This document shows positions 7,941 to 16,398 of a stretch of DNA of 32,000 nucleotides, in pieces (within the stretch, counting starts at the first letter, position 1; each line of letters opens with the position of its first letter). This DNA comes from Methanopyrus kandleri AV19 (GTDB lineage: Archaea > JAADCQ01 > Methanopyri > Methanopyrales > Methanopyraceae). Below the pieces are notes generated by a model. That model saw nothing but the letters and a program-made list of their open reading frames with translations. It did no database searches and was not told the DNA's origin. Where the stretch lies: positions 330,001 to 362,000 of the forward strand of contig NC_003551.1 of the NCBI RefSeq assembly GCF_000007185.1. Direction: 5' to 3'. The position numbers and the translations under genes are program-made.

Positions 7941-9344
7941 TCAGCCACCCTCGGGACCTTCGGCGTCCGAGCGGTACCTTCGGGCCCGCTCCAAGTAATA
8001 CCGGGCCAATCGTGCGCGGAACTCCCTCAAGTTCAACGGCTTAGGCCGATGATCTTCCATTACGATCGCCCTGTCGGCAGCGGCGGTGAAGTCGTCGAGA
8101 ACGCCTGTAGCCGCGACTATCGTGACGCCCCGGGATGTGATCTCGTCACGCACCTCCACGAGAGTGCGGATACCTTCGAGTTCTTTGGTAAGTACTCCCG
8201 GCACCAGTAGGTTCACGGCGGCCTTGTCCTCGTCGATGAAGAGTATCTTGGCTCCTTCCTCCAGGGCCCGCTGGATCTCCGCGGCCATCTTCATCGAACC
8301 GCTGGCGAGGCCACGGACGTTTTCAGGTGTCCCCTCGTATCCGGGCGGTAATTCCCGGAAAAACAGACTCACGTCCTCACCGTTCATCCTCTTGATGCCC
8401 GCCTCAGCCTTGGCGGTGCGCCGAACCGTGATCACGTACTCACGACCGTCTCCTGGTGCATGATCGTCTTGACCCGCCTCCACGGCGTTGACCAGGGTAG
8501 TCTTGCCCTGTGCGTTGGCTCCGGCGATGGCGAACAGTTCTCCCTCGTAAATCGGTAGGAAGCGCTTTCGCTCACCGGTTCGGGGGAGCTCGATTTCCAG
8601 CGGGACTAGGTCCGCATCGGGGTCCTCAGGAACCTCGAACGGGATGTGAGGTTCGGGCTTGGGACCGGCTATGCGGTGATGTCGACGGACGTCCGTCAAC
8701 CTGCGAGCGGGTCGCGCCCCGTCTCCTATCAAGGCCACTACTCGCTTCCCTCGATGTTCGATCTCACCTCTCTCCAGCCGCTCCCGAAGCTCTCGCTGAT
8801 CGAGAACCACGTCACACGTTCGGAGGATTTCCTTCCGGGGAATCTCCCGTACGACTTCTCGAAGCGCGTCCAGTGCTGCGTACACACCGTCCAGAACACG
8901 TTCCTCCGACCAATCGGGCGGGAACAACATCCGCACCGTTAACAGGACTTCCCGTGACCGGCGCAGAACACGGTTAGACTTCCCCGGCATCCAAAGGGGA
9001 GGAGTGCGAAAGCCGTGGAGTCGGACGACCGTGCAGGGCTCGGTGAGTTTCCGGACCTTTTTATGATCCAGGAGCTTCCCGGACAACGGGTAGAGGTCCG
9101 GTTCCTCGCGCGACCGTCGTTTGATCTCCTCGATGATGGGGTGAGCCGCCGCGTCTCCGGCACCTTTCGGCACTTTCTTGAAATCACGTCGAGACACCCT
9201 AACGGGCAGTACTACGCGCACGGCGTCCGATCCGCGGACCGCATACCACCGGCGTCCCCTGGACCTGTCGGTCATCCGCTTAGGACACCATCGCACATCC
9301 GTCGGCAACTGCAACGTCCGGATTTTCTCCTCGAGTCCCCTCAT
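7941..9344 (-). CDS. Predicted ATPase of the ABC class (COG3044 type)
   Basis: 467 aa; Walker A FAIAGANAQGKTTLVNAVEAGQDDHAPGDGREYVIT, signature-like RGLASGSMKMAAEIQRALEEGA, Walker B ILFIDEDKAAVNLLV. Confidence 0.85.
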   Translation of the reverse strand: MRGLEEKIRTLQLPTDVRWCPKRMTDRSRGRRWYAVRGSDAVRVVLPVRVSRRDFKKVPKGAGDAAAHPIIEEIKRRSREEPDLYPLSGKLLDHKKVRKLTEPCTVVRLHGFRTPPLWMPGKSNRVLRRSREVLLTVRMLFPPDWSEERVLDGVYAALDALREVVREIPRKEILRTCDVVLDQRELRERLERGEIEHRGKRVVALIGDGARPARRLTDVRRHHRIAGPKPEPHIPFEVPEDPDADLVPLEIELPRTGERKRFLPIYEGELFAIAGANAQGKTTLVNAVEAGQDDHAPGDGREYVITVRRTAKAEAGIKRMNGEDVSLFFRELPPGYEGTPENVRGLASGSMKMAAEIQRALEEGAKILFIDEDKAAVNLLVPGVLTKELEGIRTLVEVRDEITSRGVTIVAATGVLDDFTAAADRAIVMEDHRPKPLNLREFRARLARYYLERARRYRSDAEGPEGG

Positions 9345-9351
9345 AAACGGG

Positions 9352-9930
9352 TCATCCCATGAACAACAGCGTCTTACTCTCCAGCTCCGCTTTCCCTCGG
9401 CTGAACAGCTTCATACCCTCGCGCATCATGCGATAGGCCGCATTAACGTGGCGGAACGCCTCTCCGACATCCCCTTCGTCGGCCGCCTGGACACCCAGCT
9501 TGAACTCCTTTAGAGCCATCCTGTAGTGACTAACGCCCTCGTGCATCAGCTTCAGTGACTCTTTTATCTCGGGATCGGCCGTCGCTCCGATCATGTCAAG
9601 GGTCCTATCGAGGTGATCGACGGCTGCGTCTATCGCATCGACGGCCCTGGCGTAATGGACGTACGCTCCGTGAAGGTCTTCCAGTATTCTGGGGGCGTTA
9701 ACGGAGAGGGCTAAGGGTCCGGCACTCCTAGCCGCGTTGACGGTGGCAGATACCTCCTCCATTAGCTCGTCACCTTTCTTCTTCTCCTCTAAGGCCTTGT
9801 GTGCTAGCTCCGTAGCTGCGTTCAGCTCCCTCCATGCTTCCGGTAAGTCCGCAAGCACGTCCCACTGGACCGAAGCCGCGAGCAACGCCAGGCATAAGAC
9901 GGACGCCGCCGCGTAGATCCTCGCGTTCAC
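9352..9930 (-). CDS. Exported helical protein of unknown function
   Basis: 192 aa; N-terminal hydrophobic export signal MNARIYAAASVLCLALLAASVQW then Ala/Glu/Lys-rich helical body; stop lies 7 nt from the ATPase start. Confidence 0.65.
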   Translation of the reverse strand: MNARIYAAASVLCLALLAASVQWDVLADLPEAWRELNAATELAHKALEEKKKGDELMEEVSATVNAARSAGPLALSVNAPRILEDLHGAYVHYARAVDAIDAAVDHLDRTLDMIGATADPEIKESLKLMHEGVSHYRMALKEFKLGVQAADEGDVGEAFRHVNAAYRMMREGMKLFSRGKAELESKTLLFMG

Positions 9931-9943
9931 GTCGGATCCCCCT

Positions 9944-10672
9944 CTAAATCGAGACCAGGAGGGCTCCGACCAATCCTCCTATCACAGTCGCCCACAGCGC
10001 CGCCGGTCCGGAATGAATCCACCCGCACACGATCTCCGCGACGAGAGCGCTCAAAGATCCCAAAATGAACCCTGCCACGGGCACCGATACATCACCGAGT
10101 GCTGAGCGCGTAACCTTCAGGAGCGTCGGTTCGGGAGTACTTTCCCCACCGCGCGGCTCCCTGAACCTCAGCTTGAAAACCACGTAGTCGAGGACGTCGG
10201 ACTCCTTGGTCGGATCCCGAAGCACGGCCACGAGGTAGTACTCATCACCTATGCTCAGCGGGTTAGGTCCTTCTCCGACCTTGACCTCGAGATCGGCGCG
10301 GAGGATGCTGTTAGGCTCGGGATGATCGATCTCGACCCCTTTCTCAGGGAGCTTCAGGTCGTACTTGGGCGGCACCATCAACCACGACGGGAAATAGAGC
10401 TCCACAGCGAGCCGCTCCGGGGGATGCGGACCGGTATTGAACTCCACCGTCACGGTGAACTCACCTTTCGTCGGGACCTCGGGGACGTGCTTCAGACCCA
10501 GGGTCTCGAGCCGTTTCGTGTCGATACCTTGACCGAAGCAGGTGGCCTCGTGCCCCTCGATGTAAACGTTGAGAATGTGCGGCCGGTCCTCGTCGACGGG
10601 GTCTAAGCGTTCGGCGGCTGCGACGGCCATCAGGGTCGTGGAAAGTACGAGCAACGTTAACGTCCGATACAT
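9944..10672 (-). CDS. Exported membrane-anchored protein, probable beta-sandwich ectodomain
   Basis: 242 aa; signal MYRTLTLLVLSTTLMAVAAA, beta-rich ectodomain, C-terminal hydrophobic region PVAGFILGSLSALVAEIV...ALWATVIGGLVGALLVSI. Confidence 0.65.
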   Translation of the reverse strand: MYRTLTLLVLSTTLMAVAAAERLDPVDEDRPHILNVYIEGHEATCFGQGIDTKRLETLGLKHVPEVPTKGEFTVTVEFNTGPHPPERLAVELYFPSWLMVPPKYDLKLPEKGVEIDHPEPNSILRADLEVKVGEGPNPLSIGDEYYLVAVLRDPTKESDVLDYVVFKLRFREPRGGESTPEPTLLKVTRSALGDVSVPVAGFILGSLSALVAEIVCGWIHSGPAALWATVIGGLVGALLVSI

Positions 10673-10689
10673 GATGGCTCCCCCGGGGA

Positions 10690-10962
10690 GTGGGTAACGT
10701 GTCGCGCAAAACGGAACTTGAAGAAATTTTTAGCCGCATGTTGCATGATCCGAACGACGACCCCTCGGAGTACGTGATCTACGTCATCGATCGTGGATCC
10801 TCGAGTGGGCTCCGTCGGATCTGGGGGGACGAGATCCAGGACGTTAAAAGGGGTTTCTTAGTACTGTGGAACGCGGAGATTCCAGTACATCGGGTAATCC
10901 GGGTAGAGCGCGGTGGTAGGGTCATCTGGGAACGCGGGCGGCGAGCCCGTGGTCGTCGATAA
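10690..10962 (+). CDS. DUF504/UPF0248 family protein
   Basis: 90 aa; LEEIFSRMLHDPNDDPSEYVIYVIDRGSSSGLRRIWGDEIQDVKRGFLVLWNAEIPVHRVIRVERGGRVIWER matches the family pattern. Confidence 0.82.
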   Translation: MGNVSRKTELEEIFSRMLHDPNDDPSEYVIYVIDRGSSSGLRRIWGDEIQDVKRGFLVLWNAEIPVHRVIRVERGGRVIWERGRRARGRR

Positions 10963-11815
10963 AGGGCAGAGCCGCCACGGCCCCTATCCGCCCGCGCTCT
11001 CCGTCCCCGATCGAGACGACCTCGATCTCGCATATCTCCACCACTTCATCGACCTCCTCCCGGCTAACGATCCGACGTTTGGCGGCGTTCCCGAGGTCTC
11101 TCAGTTCCCTCGGAAACTCTAGCCTGTCCCAGAACGCCGCACAGGTGTGATCGGAAAAGGACACTTCCTTCAGCATCCTCAGGAACTCCCTCTTGACCCT
11201 CTCTACGCGCTTCGTCGGCACTCCGAGCTCCACGACCACCGCCGCACAGTTTCGAGTTCGGTGGGGTGTCTTAGGGTACAACTGCACTGTGACGTGTCGG
11301 GAATAGAAGACCCCCGCTTCGTCCTCCAAGCGGCGGCAGATCACGTCAACTGCCGACCAAGTGGCGCCTTCCTCCTCGGTATCCGTGTCATCGACTCCGA
11401 TCACCAGACGTCGTAGCTCCGGCGTTACCACCGTCGCCCGACCTAGGCGGGATCCTCCTCCCTCCTCGTGAATCTCGACCCGGGAAACACCCTCGGCGCA
11501 TCCCCGAGATAGAGCGGCGCCGACACCAGCTCCGGCGAGCCCCGCGTGAGTCACCCGGACCTCGCCGTCTCGTACCTCTACACTCTCCACACCCGCGGCC
11601 CGTACACTCGGTTCCAAGTCCAGCGAGGCTTCCCCGACCCTCAACAAGAAAAAGTGGCGTTTGCCCTCCCTCCAGGCCTTCTCTACGAGTGGGCTGGTAG
11701 CTTCGTAGTTCCTGACAACCCACTCGGCGCCGACGGGTGTTGGATGGTCCTCGATCAAGAGCACGCGTTCCCTGTCCTCGTCGGTGAGCGTGGCGATCCT
11801 CTCGTACATGGTCAC
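10922..11815 (-). CDS. Methanogenesis marker protein 11-like, TiaS-related fold
   Basis: MYERIATLTDEDRERVLLIEDHPTPVGAEWVVRNY...GGSRLGRATVVTPELRRLVIGVDDTDTEEEGATWSAVDVI... GVDDTDT motif. Start approximate (GTG 11815 or ATG 11809). Confidence 0.72.
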   Translation of the reverse strand: MTMYERIATLTDEDRERVLLIEDHPTPVGAEWVVRNYEATSPLVEKAWREGKRHFFLLRVGEASLDLEPSVRAAGVESVEVRDGEVRVTHAGLAGAGVGAALSRGCAEGVSRVEIHEEGGGSRLGRATVVTPELRRLVIGVDDTDTEEEGATWSAVDVICRRLEDEAGVFYSRHVTVQLYPKTPHRTRNCAAVVVELGVPTKRVERVKREFLRMLKEVSFSDHTCAAFWDRLEFPRELRDLGNAAKRRIVSREEVDEVVEICEIEVVSIGDGERGRIGAVAALPFIDDHGLAARVPR

Positions 11816-11870
11816 CCAACCTTTCTCCGAACACTTACGACGGACCTCCTCTGGACTTAGCGACACCAAC

Positions 11871-12389
11871 GTGATCACCCACCGAGGGGATCGTGAGTTG
11901 GCCGAGACCATCGTGCGGAAGTTCGACCCGAACAAGTGGGTGTTAGTGCCCACCAGACACGCCTTAGAACGGCTCAGGAAGAGGGAACTGTCGCCGTCAG
12001 CCGACGTCCCCGAAGCCGTCCACGCACTCAGGAGGTTAGCCTCGACCACTAAGGTACTGATAAAAAACGATGTATGGGTAGCGGTGGGGACCGAAAGGAC
12101 ACTAGTACTTTCCGAAATGAGAACTATGTCGCTAGAGAAGTACCAGGACGAGCTGAAGCGTCATCTGAGCAGATTACACCCCACCTACACCGTATACGTG
12201 ATCACGGCGGAAGGATGTCGCCCGACCTCGGCAGGCCAGCTGGATGTCGACGATCTGGCGACCGAGTTCGAGTACGCCCGATTCTCGGGAGAAGCGCGTA
12301 CGTTGGTGCTCGCCCGAGAGGGCGAGAAGGCGTTAGCAGTCGTTACGGTGCGTCCACCGCGAAAGAAGGAGAGAAAGCTCATCGAATGA
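11871..12389 (+). CDS. Hypothetical protein
   Basis: Frame open from 11784; GTG at 11871 gives VITHRGDRELAETIVRKFDPNKWVLVPTRHALERLRKREL..., protein-like acidic/basic composition; convergent 11-nt overlap with next gene. Confidence 0.65.
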   Translation: MITHRGDRELAETIVRKFDPNKWVLVPTRHALERLRKRELSPSADVPEAVHALRRLASTTKVLIKNDVWVAVGTERTLVLSEMRTMSLEKYQDELKRHLSRLHPTYTVYVITAEGCRPTSAGQLDVDDLATEFEYARFSGEARTLVLAREGEKALAVVTVRPPRKKERKLIE

Positions 12390-13095
12390 CCCGCTCGAGC
12401 AGCTCGGCCACGAGCTTACCTTCTCGCTCGTCCCGGGCGGTGGTCACCACGAAAATCTCCTGGGTAGCCGCCCCTTCGGAGAGGAGCAGCTTCACGTTAC
12501 CACTGTCATCGACCCGCGACACCTTCAGTCGAACTCCTCCACCTCCCCGCGATCCCTTGGCCCCTATACGACCCGGGATCACCCTCTTGACGTAGGGCAC
12601 GGAAGCCACCTTGAGTACGAGTTCCCTCCCCCGCCGACCACCGATGATCGTCGAGTGACTACCGCCTAACTTACGCTCCGGGGGTTCTTCGACGCGGTCC
12701 AGCCGCCGGTCGGCCCGAAGCTCGGCCTGCAGGGACCTTACGACGTCGTCGAAATCGTCCCTCACCGTGCGGACAGTCACTCCGGATATTCGCTCTACGA
12801 CGTCAACTATCCACGGTGGGGTGCGGACAGCCGTCGCGGCGCGTGGTGCGGCTGAGTGGAGAAGCTCCCCTAGCCTCTCCACAAGGTTGCGAAGCATGAT
12901 CCCGTCCGGATCTCCTTGAAACGACTGGTGGATTGTGTGAACGTCGCTCTCGTTGACGAACGCTACGACGTACCTGACATCCTCCGGGTAGACTTGAAAT
13001 GCGGCGACTTCGAAGGACGGCTCCCCGCAACGGGGACATTTAAGAGGTAATTCGACGGAATATCCACAACGCCGACACCTCGGCACGTTACCCAC
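12379..13095 (-). CDS. DUF2103-like predicted metal-binding protein
   Basis: 238 aa; N-terminal CRRCGYSVELPLKCPRCGEPSF zinc ribbon; C-terminal KLGGSHSTIIGGRRGRELVLKVASVPYVKRVIPGRIGAKG...RLKVSRVDDSGNVKLLLSEGAATQEIFVVT. Confidence 0.65.
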   Translation of the reverse strand: MGNVPRCRRCGYSVELPLKCPRCGEPSFEVAAFQVYPEDVRYVVAFVNESDVHTIHQSFQGDPDGIMLRNLVERLGELLHSAAPRAATAVRTPPWIVDVVERISGVTVRTVRDDFDDVVRSLQAELRADRRLDRVEEPPERKLGGSHSTIIGGRRGRELVLKVASVPYVKRVIPGRIGAKGSRGGGGVRLKVSRVDDSGNVKLLLSEGAATQEIFVVTTARDEREGKLVAELLERVIR

Positions 13096-13121
13096 CCTCG
13101 CACTGGGGGATGTTCTGAGCT

Positions 13122-13445
13122 ATGATCATGGAGATACTTAATAGGCACAAGGAGAAGTTGGTGAAACTTAGGGTGCTCAGCTACGGCGACCGTATGATAC
13201 TCTCAGCTCAGTTCTCGGCGAACGATTTCGACGAGGCGTACGAGATGTTGCAGGAGATCATGGAAGAAGAGCCTGAGGTCGTTTCCCTGGACTCGGACAG
13301 GAAGCAGGGCTACGCGGTGACGTTGATGGAGGACGTTACCGAAGAGTACCAAGAGATCCGGGAGCGCGTCCACGAACTCATGCGTGAGCTCGTAGAGGGA
13401 GGGGAAGGGAAGGAGGAGTTCCCACTCCCGATTTTCGAAGCTTAG
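13122..13445 (+). CDS. Conserved-looking hypothetical protein
   Basis: 107 aa, MEILNRHKEKLVKLRVLSYGDRMILSAQFSANDFDEAYEMLQEIM...; convergent 4-nt overlap with hmgA. Confidence 0.65.
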   Translation: MIMEILNRHKEKLVKLRVLSYGDRMILSAQFSANDFDEAYEMLQEIMEEEPEVVSLDSDRKQGYAVTLMEDVTEEYQEIRERVHELMRELVEGGEGKEEFPLPIFEA

Positions 13446-14674
13446 CGACCTAAGAGCCTGTGCGCTTTACCCAAATGTCCCGCCGCCAGTGCAGCTACGA
13501 GTGACAGCTCACCTGCCAAGACCGCGGCGGCGACCACTTCGGCGAACTCTTTAGCGTTGACACCGGGTGGGTTCCCTCCACCAGCCACGCCGAGGATTTC
13601 CAGACACTCGCGCTGTGTCTCCACCCCGGTACCCCCTCCAACCGTCCCTACGTTCAAGCTGGGAATCGTCACACTAGCGTACAGGTCGCCGTCCTCCGTA
13701 ACCTCCATCGTGGTGTACCCAGTGGATCCATCGACAGCATGCGCCTCGTCCTGGCCTGTAGCGATGAAAATAGCGGCCACAATGTTCGCGTGATGCGCGT
13801 TGAACCCGATGTTACCGGCGGCCGCGGAGCCTACCAGGTTCTTCCTGTAATTGACCTCGGCCATGGCTTCCGGGGTAGTCTTCAGCTTCTCCTCGACTAT
13901 ATCGCGCGGGACTTCGACCTCGGCCACCACCGTCCGACCTCGACCCAGCACGTTGTTGAGCCACGAGGGTTTCTTGTCCACACAAACGTTCCCGCTCGCC
14001 GAAACGCACTTCGCGTCCGGATACTTCTCCTCGATCCAGTTCACGGCTTCCTCAGTGGCGATAGTGACCATGTTCATACCCATTGCGTCCTTCGTGTCGA
14101 ACTCGAACCGGAGGAACACGTGCCTACCGACCACGAACTCCTGAATATCGAGTAGCTCACCGTGACGTGTGGTACTCTCGGCCACCTCTTTGATATCGTC
14201 GAAGTGCTTACGTACCCACTCACAGAACTCCAACGCTTTACGAGCGGACGGCAGTTTGAACACAGGAGCACGCGTCATTCCGTCTCTCACGATCCTCACG
14301 TGGGCACCGCCTGAATCGGTAATAGTCGAACAGCCACGGTTGACGGAGGCCACCAACGCTCCCTCCGTCGTCGCGAGCGGTACGTAGTATTCCCCCTCGG
14401 CGTACTCCCCGTGCACTAACAGCGGGCCGGCGATACCGACCGGCACCTGGACGGCTCCGATCATGTTCTCGATGTTCTTGTCCATCGCACGGTTCGCGTC
14501 GATGGTGTACTTGCCGAGATGCTCGAGCTTCGCACCGGTCAACCGCTCCAGCGCACGACGTCGAACTTCCGTGGCCACCTCACTGTCACCGTCGGTGTAC
14601 TTCTCCACCTCGTGGAACTTGATCTCGCCTTTTACTACCTTGCTCACGAGCTCCTCAATCTTCTTCTCGTCCAC
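13442..14674 (-). CDS. hmgA: 3-hydroxy-3-methylglutaryl-CoA reductase
   Basis: 410 aa; ENMIGAVQVPVGIAGPLLV, TEGALVASVNRGCS, DAMGMNMVT, NVCVDKKPSWLN, GQDEAHAVDGS, GTVGGGTGVETQRECLEILG, LAAGHLGKAH. Confidence 0.98.
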   Translation of the reverse strand: MDEKKIEELVSKVVKGEIKFHEVEKYTDGDSEVATEVRRRALERLTGAKLEHLGKYTIDANRAMDKNIENMIGAVQVPVGIAGPLLVHGEYAEGEYYVPLATTEGALVASVNRGCSTITDSGGAHVRIVRDGMTRAPVFKLPSARKALEFCEWVRKHFDDIKEVAESTTRHGELLDIQEFVVGRHVFLRFEFDTKDAMGMNMVTIATEEAVNWIEEKYPDAKCVSASGNVCVDKKPSWLNNVLGRGRTVVAEVEVPRDIVEEKLKTTPEAMAEVNYRKNLVGSAAAGNIGFNAHHANIVAAIFIATGQDEAHAVDGSTGYTTMEVTEDGDLYASVTIPSLNVGTVGGGTGVETQRECLEILGVAGGGNPPGVNAKEFAEVVAAAVLAGELSLVAALAAGHLGKAHRLLGR

Positions 14675-14710
14675 GAAGGACAGCCCCCGACGGACACTCG
14701 AAGAGGGAAC

Positions 14711-15073
14711 CTAAAAGCAGCTCGAAGCGTACTTAGGTTCGACACCGGTTCTCGCGAGCTCCGCTACGATAGTCTTAGCGATCTCCACGAGCTCATCGCG
14801 TAACACCAGAAGCCGATCACCGTCGGGATAATCCAGTACGTACACTCGACGGGAATCCAACGGAAACTCTAGCGCCAGGGCGAAGGGTTCGCGGCCGTGC
14901 CTCAGGAGCGAGACTATGATGGCGTCCTCACGCAGCTCGACCTTCGCCAGCAGCCGACCTGAGCCCGCCGTGTGTCCCTGAGCTCGCGCCCCGCGGAGCA
15001 AAGCCATGGCGTCCGCCAAGTGACGGGAAACTAAACGCCGATACAACCGCAGAGGTCCCGTCCGCCGGACCAC
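14711..15073 (-). CDS. Hypothetical protein
   Basis: 120 aa ORF ending ...VYVLDYPDGDRLLVLRDELVEIAKTIVAELARTGVEPKYASSCF; start uncertain (internal ATG near 15007 possible). Confidence 0.5.
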   Translation of the reverse strand: MVRRTGPLRLYRRLVSRHLADAMALLRGARAQGHTAGSGRLLAKVELREDAIIVSLLRHGREPFALALEFPLDSRRVYVLDYPDGDRLLVLRDELVEIAKTIVAELARTGVEPKYASSCF

Positions 15074-15315
15074 TCTCTACCTCACACCTGAGCTCACGAC
15101 GGAGACCCGGACCGAATCTGTTGGGCACTACGACCGCGGCCCTGTCATCCCGTGTTACGTGAACGTACGCGAGCACTCGACCACGAATTACGCGGATAGT
15201 CCCGTGGAAAGTCGCCCAGTGAGCGTTACGGACGAGATTTTGGGCCATACGCCGATAATACCACAAGCCCATCTCCTTAATATCACGAGTCCCGGCCGAC
15301 GAAAAAGACTGCGGG

Positions 15316-15639
15316 TTAGAGGAGGGCGTAAATCCCTAGGGAAATCAACAGCATGTACGACGCCGCACCGCGAACGGAGAACCCTGCAGCGCCGAAGTGG
15401 CCCGACTTAAGCTCTTCCGCACGGACTGCGAGGGCTAGGATCCCGGTCAGCAGACCAGAGACTGCTCCAACGGGACGGAGTATCGGCCATAGGATGGAGA
15501 GAGAGCATGAGGCGGCCGCTATGACGCCGAGGATGACAGCCAGTCTGAGCGGGAGAGATCGACGGATCATAGCGGGCATAGCGAATTCAATTGCAACGCC
15601 GGCGGAGAGTCCCGCGAGAATTATCTCGCTTATAGCCAA
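15316..15639 (-). CDS. Small integral membrane protein
   Basis: 107 aa with several hydrophobic helices; overlaps the end of the TusA-DsrE-like gene by 10 nt. Confidence 0.65.
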   Translation of the reverse strand: MAISEIILAGLSAGVAIEFAMPAMIRRSLPLRLAVILGVIAAASCSLSILWPILRPVGAVSGLLTGILALAVRAEELKSGHFGAAGFSVRGAASYMLLISLGIYALL

Positions 15640-16286
15640 ACCACATCCACACCCGGATCCGTGATTAGCTTGAGAAACTTTGAAGCTCCGACGACTTTGA
15701 CACCATCCAGGAGATCGTCGGAAGTGATACCCCTGGCTTGAATGCTTAATTCACAAGCGCATGCCTCGACGTTTCTCAGGACTTCCCGGGCCTTATCTAT
15801 CAGCGGAGGAAATTCTGGATGTCGGATTCTTTCAACTTCTCGCTCAACGAGCACGGTGACACCGTCCATGAAGCCGAAGATTACGACGTCCAAATCCATC
15901 GCCAACGCTGCCTCCGACATTAGGAACGTCGCGTACGCACGCTCCGGATTAGCGACGCCGGTACTTTGTGCTATCATAACCGAATCCGTGTCGGTCGACG
16001 GTAATGATCCGGCACACGTCCTAACGGTACCGTCGGTCGCGGTACTATCGGTCTCGACGCCACCGACGCGGATCAGCATGCGTATGTCTCCATCCGTTTC
16101 TTCAACCTTCAACACCTCATGTCCTCCATCCTGAACTAGTTCCCTTATGTCGTTGGCAATACCCTCCGAGTCGACGATAACTTCCAGCACCTGTCCGGGC
16201 TCCATTTCCTTGAGTTCTTCCGCCACCATTACGGACGGCCCAGGACAGGCCGCACCACGCACGTCAAGCCGCCGATCGGGCTTCAT
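15630..16286 (-). CDS. TusA/SirA-like domain fused to DsrE-like domain
   Basis: RRLDVRGAACPGPSVMVAEELKEMEPGQVLEVIVDSEG (TusA-like Cys motif) followed by SVMIAQSTGVANPERAYATFLMSEAALAMDLDVVIFGFMDGV...VEACACELSIQARGI (DsrE-like). Confidence 0.85.
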   Translation of the reverse strand: MKPDRRLDVRGAACPGPSVMVAEELKEMEPGQVLEVIVDSEGIANDIRELVQDGGHEVLKVEETDGDIRMLIRVGGVETDSTATDGTVRTCAGSLPSTDTDSVMIAQSTGVANPERAYATFLMSEAALAMDLDVVIFGFMDGVTVLVEREVERIRHPEFPPLIDKAREVLRNVEACACELSIQARGITSDDLLDGVKVVGASKFLKLITDPGVDVVWL

Positions 16287-16302
16287 GATTGTGTCCCCTG
16301 TG

Positions 16303-16339
16303 CGATTGTTCGCGATTGTCGATCAAACGAGAACAATCG
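16303..16339 (-). promoter_or_regulatory. Operator-like inverted repeat upstream of the TusA-DsrE-like gene
   Basis: Perfect 9-bp inverted repeat CGATTGTTC (16303-16311) / GAACAATCG (16331-16339), plus an internal CGATTGT (16313-16319). Confidence 0.5.
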
Positions 16340-16347
16340 TTGGAGGC

Positions 16348-16357
16348 AATTTAAGTT
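16348..16357 (-). promoter_or_regulatory. Putative archaeal TATA box for the TusA-DsrE-like operon
   Basis: Minus-strand AACTTAAATT, an AT-rich run in GC-rich DNA, about 60 nt upstream of the ATG at 16286. Confidence 0.4.
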
Positions 16358-16398
16358 TTCCGATCCCCTGGTCCGACGACATAACAGTGTGAAAAAGT

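Noticed and set aside
13557-14387. Several + strand ORFs opposite hmgA (13557..13793, 13739..14155, 14169..14387 and similar)
   Set aside because: Shadow ORFs of a certain gene in GC-rich DNA; no plausible protein signatures.
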